Of a stretch of DNA of 64,000 nt, positions 17,389 through 25,187 are shown piece by piece. This DNA comes from a virus. The position numbers and the translations under genes are program-made. The first letter of the stretch is position 1. Each line of letters opens with the position of its first letter. The notes under the pieces are model-generated. The model worked only from the letters and a program-made list of their open reading frames with translations. It ran no database searches and was not told the DNA's origin. Location: positions 36,219 to 100,218 of IMG/VR virus record IMGVR_UViG_3300037478_000449. One strand, 5' to 3'.

Positions 17389-17430
17389 GAGCGCCAGGGG
17401 AGTCGAACCCCCGGTTACGACCATCCGCTC
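17389..17430 (-). ncRNA. Mini-tRNA-like element 1
   Basis: GAGCG..CCGGGGG-TTCGACT-CCCCTGG-CGCTC, 5+7 bp. Confidence 0.7.
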
Positions 17431-17447
17431 AACCATCGGCCTACTCC

Positions 17448-17522
17448 TCGCCTCGCCAAACCCCGCCCAGCCATGCCGCACCTGGCGTCGCCGCACCGGG
17501 CTAGGCCGGGCCGCGCCGGGCC
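17448..17522 (-). ncRNA. (GGY-NN)n tract 1, 15 pentamers, about 20 nt after the RAMP stop
   Basis: ggcCC ggcGC ggcCC ggcCT agcCC ggtGC ggcGA cgcCA ggtGC ggcAT ggcTG ggcGG ggtTT ggcGA ggcGA then gga. Confidence 0.78.
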
Positions 17523-17541
17523 AAGACTCGTTTGGTGTGCC

Positions 17542-18078
17542 TCATGGCAGGACCTTGAACCGTCCGAAGGGGCCAGACTTCTCCGGTCGGTAATCACCGA
17601 CACCAACGGTCCGGCCGCCGATCTCCAGCAGCTCCCGAACCTGCTTCTCCGGTATGAAGTCCGTGTCCACCTCAAACCTCACCGTCGCCGCCCACTCGGG
17701 CACCTTCGCCCGGCTCCGGGTCACCCCGTTTCGCTGGACGACCGCCCGCCGGGTGTCGATCTCGTATTCCTTGACCGGCTCACCGTTGAGGATCAGCAGC
17801 GTCTGCTCATCGGCTGCGAACACCGCACCCTTGATGACCGACGTAGCAGCCGTCTTGCCGATCCGCCGGCCCTTCGCCGCCGACACCAGGCAGCCACGGA
17901 ACGCCTCCGACGGCAGGAACAGCTGCCCCGTAGCGCTGCGGTACACCGACCGCTCAGCCTCAACCTCGGCCGTTGGGATGTTCTTCCTCCCGAGCTTGTC
18001 CGACGGTGCCTGCATCCCAGCCGGGTTGTTCATCAGGACCGGCTTGATGCTCTGAATCTCGATCTCGATCAGTTCCAC
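17542..18078 (-). CDS. Stand-alone RAMP-superfamily (Cas7/Csm3-like) RNA-binding protein
   Basis: N-terminal strand IEIEIQSIKPVLMN, LFLPSEAFRGCL (cf. IPGSSLKG), thumb DTRRAVVQRNGVTRSR, G-rich loop GVGDYRPEKSGPFGRFKV; no other cas genes in window. Confidence 0.75.
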   Translation of the reverse strand: MELIEIEIQSIKPVLMNNPAGMQAPSDKLGRKNIPTAEVEAERSVYRSATGQLFLPSEAFRGCLVSAAKGRRIGKTAATSVIKGAVFAADEQTLLILNGEPVKEYEIDTRRAVVQRNGVTRSRAKVPEWAATVRFEVDTDFIPEKQVRELLEIGGRTVGVGDYRPEKSGPFGRFKVLP

Positions 18079-18372
18079 CTAGATCCCCTCCTCCGTTGCC
18101 TTGCCCCCGCACGTCGTCTCCGTCGGCCAGCACCCACCGGCGCACAGCCGCCCCTCAGTCACAGCCACCGCCGCCGGGCTGGTCGGGAACTCGACCAGCC
18201 CCGCCCCGCACACCGCCCGCACCGGCCAGCCGGGTACCCGCTGGTGAGCGGTAGCCCCCCACCCGGTGTGATCTGTCCACACCGGAGCCCTCTCCGGCAG
18301 GTCCGACAGGTGCCGCACCGGAGGCGCCGGATGCAGGCGTCGCAGCTCCGCCGCGGTCACGTCCGCCACCAC
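18079..18372 (-). CDS. Hypothetical protein
   Basis: Abuts RAMP start; Cys motifs. Confidence 0.5.
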   Translation of the reverse strand: MVADVTAAELRRLHPAPPVRHLSDLPERAPVWTDHTGWGATAHQRVPGWPVRAVCGAGLVEFPTSPAAVAVTEGRLCAGGCWPTETTCGGKATEEGI

Positions 18373-18511
18373 CGCAGCGCCGCAAGCCGGGCCAAAGCCC
18401 GCCGCCGATGCGCCGGTGAATGGGCCAGCAGCCGGGAAGTGGCCACCAGCCGGGCGTGGATGACCGCATCCCGCCGGGCCTGCGCCTCAGGAGACAACCG
18501 CCGCCGGCCGG

Positions 18512-21010
18512 TCACCGGGACACCTCGCCCAGGTCGAACAGGGTCGGCATCGACAGATTGGCCTCGGTCGCCTGGAGATACTTCACGCCATCCAGGAAGT
18601 AGCCCGGATTCAGCTCCACGGCTCGACCCTGCCGACCAAGCCGCAGCGCACGAACTGGCACCGTGAACAGCCCACCGAACGGGTCGAAGACCATCTCGCC
18701 CTCGTTGCTGTACCGGCGGATCAGCCGGTCAACGATGTCGAACTGCAACGGGCAGACGTGAAGCGCCTGTGCCCGGCGGGACTGCTCGGTGTTTAGGGTC
18801 AGCATCCGGTTCACGTCGTGCCACACGTCCGGGTGGTGCGACCCGGGAGCGAGCGCCATGAACGTCGCCGGCAGCGCCCCCCGGCCTTCTAGCGCCTCGC
18901 CGATGCGGACGTGCGCCTCGTAGTCGTACACCTGCCGCAGGGTCTGCTCGGTGAACAGCCGGGACATCTGATCTGGCGGCAACGCGGCCAGCTCGTCCGG
19001 GGTCAGGTACCGCTCGCCCGAGGAGCGCCAGAACGCATGCGCGTCTACCTGCCACCGGGAGCGGGTGTAGTCGTCCTTGGACTTGGCAACCGGCACGTCT
19101 GCGTAGCCGCGGGTCCGGTCAGTCTGCGGCTTGTGGAACAGCAGGACGTACTCCGGGGAGCCGGCTCCCATCTTCGTCGCGTCCTTGCACTGCTCCGACC
19201 AGCCGAGCCGGTACGTCTGGTTGTTCTCCCGCACCACGTCCGTGACGACGGTGATCATGCCGAGGTAGTCGAAGCCGTGCCGGATGCCGTGGGCGATCGC
19301 CTCGGCGTGGAAGGGGGAGACGGTAGGGACTCCGGCGCCGGTGACGTTGCCGAACAGGATGCGGTCCTTGACGTGGCAGCAGTAGATGCGCCCGGGCCGT
19401 AGCACTCTCAGCAGCTCCGGCGTCAGGAAGTCCATCTGCGCCCAGAAGTGGCCGTTGTCGTCGGTGTGGCCGAAGTCCTCGTACTGCGGGGTGTACTCGT
19501 AGTGGTTGGCGAACGGGATCGACGTGACGATCAGGTCGACCGACTCAGGCGCCATCGCCTTGGTTTCCAGTACGCAATCGTTGTTGGCGACCAGCCAACC
19601 CTTTCCGGCGGCCTCGATCCGGTCGACGCCGATCGAGCGGGTCAACGCCTGCGTGATGCCCTGCTGGTCAAGGCCGAACTCGCGAATGACCTCGGTCATG
19701 GTGCCGGTCAGCTCCTCGTGCTGTGCCCACTTGCGCCGCAGCGTGCGGACGACTTCGCGCTCCGATTCGGCGTGGATGATGTCGATGCGCACCCGCTTTG
19801 TTTGCAGGAAGCGGTGGATGCGGTGGACCGCCTGAATGAAGTCGTTGAACGAGAACGTGATCCCGACGAAGACCGCCCGGTGGCAGTGCCGCTGAAAGTT
19901 GCACCCGGAGCCGGACAGTTCCGGCTTCGTGGCTAGTAGCCGAAACCGCCCGTCGGAGAAGTCGATGATCCGCTGCTCCCGGATGTCCAGGTCCAGCGAC
20001 CCGTACACCTCCACAGCCTCCGGCAGCGCCCGCTTGATCGCCCGACGCTCATCCTCCAGGTCGTGCCACAGGATGAAGTGGTCACCCGGGGATGCGGCTA
20101 CGATCTCAGCCGCCATCGCCACCCGCGCGTCCAGCGTGGACCGTTTCTCCCGAGCCGCGTCGGTCACACCCAGCGCGGCGCCCCGGAACAAGTGCCCCTG
20201 TCCGTCGCGGTCAACCGGTGCGTCTGAGTGGTCCACCGGAATCTCGTGATACATGACCTCGATGTCCGGCAGGTCGTATCCGGTGTCGTCGTATCCGAGG
20301 TCGCTCGGCTTCTGGAGGAACACGGCCCACGTGTTGAGCCACAGCCAGAACTCCCGCTGCTTGTGCGGGTAGAGCGTGAGGTGGTTGGCCTTGGTGGAGT
20401 CCCGCTGGAAGAACCGGGTCAGCGCCTGACCGGTGTCCATGATCCCGAGATAGCCGGCGTAGTGGATCAGCTCTTTATGCCGGTTCGGGCTTGGCGTGGC
20501 GGTGGCCAGGAACCGGTACTTAACCTCGTCGAACAGGGTCAGAAACGTCTGGTACGTCTTGGACCCGAACGAACGTAGCACCGACGCCTCGTCCAGGCTC
20601 ACCGCGTCGAACAGGTTGGGGTCTAGCCGGCCGTCCCGCACCGACTCGTAGTTGGTCAGGTACAGACCCGGCCCGTCGACCTCAGCGGTCCAGCGGACGA
20701 ACGACACGCCCATGTCGACCAGCGGGGCGTCCCTGGCGAACTCCTGCCGTACGCCGAGCGGGCAGACGATCAGCGCACGCCCGCCAGTCCTTGCAAGGAT
20801 CAGCCGCATGATCTCCAGCTGTATGACGCTCTTGCCGAGCCCGAACGCGGCGAAGACAGCACGCCGGCCGCCGCGCACGGCCCAGCGCACGATCGCCCGC
20901 TGGTGCAGCATCAAGGCCGGGTGAACGTCAGCCTCGTTGACCTCGAATCCGTACGTCTGGCTGAAGTCGACCTTGGCGGCCAGGAAATCGGTGTAGCTGT
21001 TCGCGCTCAC
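18512..21010 (-). CDS. SF2 helicase-like + DNA methyltransferase (N4C/N6A, beta class) fusion
   Basis: AFGLGKS, LDEASVL, ATATPSPN, QAVHRIHRF; then LIVTSIPF, HVCPLQ, FDPFGG, AVELNPGY; start GTG 21010. Confidence 0.88.
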   Translation of the reverse strand: MSANSYTDFLAAKVDFSQTYGFEVNEADVHPALMLHQRAIVRWAVRGGRRAVFAAFGLGKSVIQLEIMRLILARTGGRALIVCPLGVRQEFARDAPLVDMGVSFVRWTAEVDGPGLYLTNYESVRDGRLDPNLFDAVSLDEASVLRSFGSKTYQTFLTLFDEVKYRFLATATPSPNRHKELIHYAGYLGIMDTGQALTRFFQRDSTKANHLTLYPHKQREFWLWLNTWAVFLQKPSDLGYDDTGYDLPDIEVMYHEIPVDHSDAPVDRDGQGHLFRGAALGVTDAAREKRSTLDARVAMAAEIVAASPGDHFILWHDLEDERRAIKRALPEAVEVYGSLDLDIREQRIIDFSDGRFRLLATKPELSGSGCNFQRHCHRAVFVGITFSFNDFIQAVHRIHRFLQTKRVRIDIIHAESEREVVRTLRRKWAQHEELTGTMTEVIREFGLDQQGITQALTRSIGVDRIEAAGKGWLVANNDCVLETKAMAPESVDLIVTSIPFANHYEYTPQYEDFGHTDDNGHFWAQMDFLTPELLRVLRPGRIYCCHVKDRILFGNVTGAGVPTVSPFHAEAIAHGIRHGFDYLGMITVVTDVVRENNQTYRLGWSEQCKDATKMGAGSPEYVLLFHKPQTDRTRGYADVPVAKSKDDYTRSRWQVDAHAFWRSSGERYLTPDELAALPPDQMSRLFTEQTLRQVYDYEAHVRIGEALEGRGALPATFMALAPGSHHPDVWHDVNRMLTLNTEQSRRAQALHVCPLQFDIVDRLIRRYSNEGEMVFDPFGGLFTVPVRALRLGRQGRAVELNPGYFLDGVKYLQATEANLSMPTLFDLGEVSR

Positions 21011-21651
21011 CGGGGCACCCCGCCCGGGTCTGTCCCGCCGGGTTCCCGGCCCAGCAGCCGGTCCAGCCACACCACGTCGTCCACGGCCTCCACCGCCAGC
21101 GGCTCGCCGAGCACGTCGACCAGGTGGGCGGCGGCCCGCTTGCCGGATGCCTCATCCGGGTAGGCCAGGTAGTGCCGCACCGGCCCAGCAGCGGGCAGGG
21201 TGTGCACGTCCCAAACGAGGCTCACCGGACCCGCCCCCTCTGCCGCCGACGCAGCTCCTGCTCCCAGTCGTAGGTGGTGTTCCGGTCGGCCAGCCGTGCC
21301 GCGTCGATGGCCTGCCGCAGCCGGGTGTCCTGGTCGCGGCGCCGCTGCCGGGCGGCCCGGCGGGGGTGGGGCAGGTGCAGCCTCACCGGACCCGCCTCCT
21401 GCCGTGGTAGATGGCCACACCGGTTACCAGCGCCCCGGCTGGGATCACCGCGGCGGTGGGGGAGTCCGGGCCTGGGGTGGTGGCCACGTGGACCAGCCGG
21501 GTGAGCCGGTCCGGTGTGCAGCAGCCCGGGTCACCGGCCGGTGCCAGACACACCCGGCACGGCGGGCTGGGCTGCCGGCACGGGCTGCAGGTGTCGGCGG
21601 TGGTCCACTCTCCGCAGGTGCACAGCCGCACCCTGGTCGCCGTCGCCGCGG

Positions 21652-21903
21652 TCACGACCCGGCTCCGATCCCGGCGACCAGGCGCCGCAGCTTCCCCCGC
21701 GCCTTGCCCCGGTGCTCCACGACATAGACCAGGTGACCGGAGCCGGCCAACTTGACCTCCCACCGCTTGTCGGCGACGCGGCGGCGGGCGAACGCCACAC
21801 ACCGGCCGGTCTCCCAGTGACGGACGTAGATCGCCCGGTCCCACTCCACCCACCGGTACTCAGCGGCGGGCTCGGTCCCGGCCCGGTCCAGCTCAGCCAG
21901 CAT
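21652..21903 (-). CDS. Hypothetical protein
   Basis: Coupled ORF MLAELDRAG. Confidence 0.5.
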   Translation of the reverse strand: MLAELDRAGTEPAAEYRWVEWDRAIYVRHWETGRCVAFARRRVADKRWEVKLAGSGHLVYVVEHRGKARGKLRRLVAGIGAGS

Positions 21904-22090
21904 CGGGACCACCACCCTCCACCGCGGCAAGCACATCGGACAGCCGAAACCGCAGGTGCCCGCCCGGGGTTCGGATCGACGGCAGCCGGCCCGCAGCAGC
22001 CCAGCGGGCGACCGTCTTCGAATCGACGCGCAGCCAGTCGGCGACCTCGCCCGGCTTGAGCAGCCGCCCGTCCAGCAGCTCCGGGCTCAC
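21893..22090 (-). CDS. BldC-family / excisionase-like MerR-type HTH
   Basis: LLKPGEVADWLRVDSKTVARWAAAGRLPSIRTPGGHLRF closely resembles actinomycete BldC. Confidence 0.85.
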   Translation of the reverse strand: MSPELLDGRLLKPGEVADWLRVDSKTVARWAAAGRLPSIRTPGGHLRFRLSDVLAAVEGGGPDAG

Positions 22091-22436
22091 CGGGGACCAC
22101 CAACCTGTGCGGCCCGGCCGGCAGCGGCCAACGTCTCAGCCAGCACCGTCGTGTACCGGTCGGCCAGGTAGGCGGCCCACACGGTGCGGTCGTCCAGTCC
22201 GGTCTCTACCGGCCGCCGCCAACCGACCTGCCGGGCGACACCACCCAGGTCCGGGCCGTGGACCCGTTCCCGGTCCGGGTCCGGCGGCACATCCCCCACC
22301 GGTGCGGCGTACCGGTCGGCGCCCTCACCGGCCACCCGGTCGGCGTTCTGCCAGCTACCCGGCCCGCCGGCCAGCCGCTGGCGGAGCGTGCCCTGCGGGT
22401 GGCCGGCCGGCGTGGTGCCGCTCACCGGACGCCGGG

Positions 22437-23090
22437 TCATGACGGCACCTCCGGCTCCCACGAATGGGTAAAGCCACCCTTCCGGCCGGCGGCGTAGTGC
22501 TGCGAGTACGACAGGCCGCATCCCTTGCACCGGCGGGCATCTGGCTGCCAGTCGCCGTGACCGCCGGGGTGGTACCGAGGCCGGCCGCACAACTCGTCCA
22601 GCGCCTGGTAGTCCCCGTCCGGGGTGTCCACGTACCGCTGCATCGCGCACGCCGGCCGGGTCCAGTCCGGGGCGTGCCAGACCAGCTCCGACGATGCGCC
22701 GTAACCCAGCGACGCCACCACGTGGTCCGGATACACGGCCATGTGCGTCTTCCACGGAAAGCGGCTCGCGTCGATGCCCGCAGCGTTGGCTGGCTCGGCA
22801 AGCTCCAGGCAGGGGCCGTAGTCCACCGCCAGGCTCACGTAGCCCCTGGGCAGTGCCTTGCTGATCCGCTCCGCCAGCAGCCCGACGAACCGTTGCGCCT
22901 GCCCGGCGGTGACCGGGTGCTGGTCGGCGAGCAGACCCGCCAGCATCCCAGCCATCCCCATTTGTTGCCGCTCTTTCGGCGAGCCTGTGTTGCCGATGGC
23001 GTCGAACGTGGGTGCGCCGATCTGCTGCGCCCACCAGGTTGCGGCGGCCTCAGCGGCGGTGCTGGCCTGTACCAGCTCCCGGCCGCTCAC
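22437..23090 (-). CDS. Hypothetical protein with C-terminal Cys/His motifs
   Basis: Coupled ORF with protein-like composition. Confidence 0.6.
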   Translation of the reverse strand: MSGRELVQASTAAEAAATWWAQQIGAPTFDAIGNTGSPKERQQMGMAGMLAGLLADQHPVTAGQAQRFVGLLAERISKALPRGYVSLAVDYGPCLELAEPANAAGIDASRFPWKTHMAVYPDHVVASLGYGASSELVWHAPDWTRPACAMQRYVDTPDGDYQALDELCGRPRYHPGGHGDWQPDARRCKGCGLSYSQHYAAGRKGGFTHSWEPEVPS

Positions 23091-23847
23091 CGCTCGACCC
23101 GCTGCACGTACCGGCCGGCCGCCAGCAGCACCGCCACCAACCCGCCGACAGCCGCGGCTGCTGTCGCCGGTTCCGATATGATCGCCAGGAACATCTGAGA
23201 TCGACTCCTTCCAAGTGTGTGGATCTCGGTCTGTTCAGCGCCTCGTCGCTAACCCGGCGGGGCGCGTCCACGTCTGCGTCTGCTGGTCCGGAACCCGGGT
23301 CAGCAGCACCGTCTGGGAGTCCCGCCCGTGCTCACGCCATGCCCCAGCGGGCGGCGCGGTGTGTGACGTGGCACGGGCGGGACGTAGGGGGGTGGCCGCC
23401 GCCCTCACCAGCGGCGGCCACCCAACCCGGCGAGGCGCGTGTACCAGCGCGCCGTCAAGCCGGGAGACTGCGGCGGGCCGGCCAGACCGGGGGTAGACCC
23501 GGCCGGCCCGCGGTGTGGTGGCAGCTCCACCCCCGCCGGTCAGAGCTGCCACCACACGCTGACGCCGGAACCTGGACGCCCGGCGGAGCACCCACACCAG
23601 CAACGCCAGCCCGGCGGTGAGCGCCATGTAGCCGGCGATGAGCAGCGCGGCGGTGTAGGGGGTGCCGGCCAGGGTGACGGTCATCCCGCCCACCCCCACA
23701 ACGCGGCGAGAACGAGCCCTGCCGGAACCCCGACGAGAGTGCCGACACGCAGCCCCCACGCCAGATCGTCAACCAGCCGACCAGCGCCGGTGACCCAAAC
23801 CGCCAGGCTCAGGCGGGCGGACAGGAAGCGGCGGGCGGCTGCGGTCA

Positions 23848-24123
23848 TCACGATGGCCTCGCGTTCTCGGCGATGTAGGCCAGCAACTCCGGCACGGGGT
23901 GGAACCACTCGCCATGAGACCGGGCGGCAACGAACCGCCGGTGAAGCGCTGTCTCGTGTTCCTGTCCCACGCCAGCGATGACCCCGATTACGCGGAGCTG
24001 AACAGGCGAGCCGGTCTGCATCGAGTCCAGGCGACTGCGGACGCGGCGACCCTCGCGGTCGGCACGTACCAGGTGTGACCTCAGGTCTTTGATTTCGATC
24101 GTGCGCTGCTCGGCCAGGGTCAC
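23848..24123 (-). CDS. GIY-YIG/T5orf172-like domain protein, N-terminally degenerate
   Basis: RLDSMQTGSP, ETALHRRF...GEWF. Confidence 0.7.
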   Translation of the reverse strand: MTLAEQRTIEIKDLRSHLVRADREGRRVRSRLDSMQTGSPVQLRVIGVIAGVGQEHETALHRRFVAARSHGEWFHPVPELLAYIAENARPS

Positions 24124-24310
24124 GCTGCGGCCCTCCGGTCCGGGGCAGTGCGGGACTGGGCAGCCGGGGCAAGCTCCGGCTCGGCGTTGGCTGGCACAAG
24201 GTCCGCGAGGGTCAGGCCTTGCCGGGCCAGCGAGGCGCGGACGATCCGGGCGGCGAGCTGGAGCTGGAGCGGATCGGCGAAGCAGCCCGGCCGCGCGCCG
24301 TTCGGGGCGG

Positions 24311-24568
24311 TCATGCCGCGACTCCGTCGCGCTTGCGCTCCAGCACCGAGACCGGGCAGTTGAGTGCTTCCGCCAGCAGGATCAGCAGCCGGGGAGTGGC
24401 GTTGCGACTCCCCGCTTCGATCTCCGACATGTGCGAGGCGGAGATCCCGATCGCCTGGGCGAGTGCAGCCTGGGTCCAGCCTTTGGCCTGCCGCGCCCAG
24501 GTCACGGCCTCGGGGTCGTGATCGAGGGGGGTTTTCGGCGGCTTTCTCGACTGCTTCGCTCGCGTCAC
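24311..24568 (-). CDS. Cro-like XRE HTH regulator
   Basis: ARQAKGWTQAALAQAIGISASHMSEIEAGSRN; divergent from repressor. Confidence 0.85.
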   Translation of the reverse strand: MTRAKQSRKPPKTPLDHDPEAVTWARQAKGWTQAALAQAIGISASHMSEIEAGSRNATPRLLILLAEALNCPVSVLERKRDGVAA

Positions 24569-24574
24569 CTCATC

Positions 24575-24731
24575 ACGGTAGGTGCGAAGTAGTGCGCAGT
24601 GCAAGCCCTGGTGCCTGTGATTCACAACTTCGTGCGAAGTTCACCCGAACGGATGTCCTACCGCGGATGATCGGCGGGTTCATCGGCCCCATCCGCTAGC
24701 CATAGAGCGCCGTAGGTGCGAAGATGTGCGA
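24575..24731. promoter_or_regulatory. Lysis/lysogeny switch region with candidate operators
   Basis: GTAGGTGCGAAG at 24578 and 24712; palindrome ACTTCGTGCGAAGT 24627-24640; extra GTGCGAA copy. Confidence 0.6.
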
Positions 24732-25187
24732 ATGATCGACCGGAGCGGCCGGACACCGGAGGGCGAGTTGATCTACCGCCTACGCAAGGCGAACCGGCCA
24801 GGTGTAGGCGTTCGGGCGATCGCGCCAGAGGCGGACCTGTCCGAGGGCCGATGGCGCCAGATCGAGTCCGGGTACCAATCCGTCGGCGGGCAGAAGATCG
24901 CCGTAAGCGCACCCGCCGCCACGCTGGCCCGGATGGCTGCCGCCGTTGGCGGAACGCCCACAGACTTGGTCAACGTAGGCCGCGCCGACGCCGCCGACGA
25001 GCTGCGGAAGCTACCCGACCCGCCGCGTAGCGAGGCTGAGCGGCTGATCCTCGGCGCGCCTATCTCCAGCCGGGCGAAGAAGCTGGTCCTCCAGCGGTAC
25101 CGCAGGAGGTTGGAGGAAGGAAACCGCGCAGCGCTGGAGTACGTACGGGAACAGCTCGACCTGCTCCGCAGCGAGGAAACCGGCTAG
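24732..25187 (+). CDS. Immunity repressor (XRE-like HTH)
   Basis: GVRAIAPEADLSEGRWRQIESGYQ...ATLARMAAAVG; between cro and integrase. Confidence 0.75.
   Translation: MIDRSGRTPEGELIYRLRKANRPGVGVRAIAPEADLSEGRWRQIESGYQSVGGQKIAVSAPAATLARMAAAVGGTPTDLVNVGRADAADELRKLPDPPRSEAERLILGAPISSRAKKLVLQRYRRRLEEGNRAALEYVREQLDLLRSEETG

Noticed and set aside
17133-17430. Real tRNA genes at the three TTCGA hairpins
   Set aside because: Only 41-43 nt, with no D or anticodon arm and no CCA.
17035-17496. ORFs across the pentamer tracts (153 aa minus, several plus, and the upstream extensions of the ParB and LPXTG ORFs)
   Set aside because: Low-complexity R/G/A/P translations expected from 5-nt GC repeats; the real starts are at 17038 and 16232.
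16280-17522. Canonical CRISPR array or simple microsatellite
   Set aside because: No 23-47 bp identical repeats with unique spacers. The NN positions vary freely while phase is kept, unlike slippage repeats.
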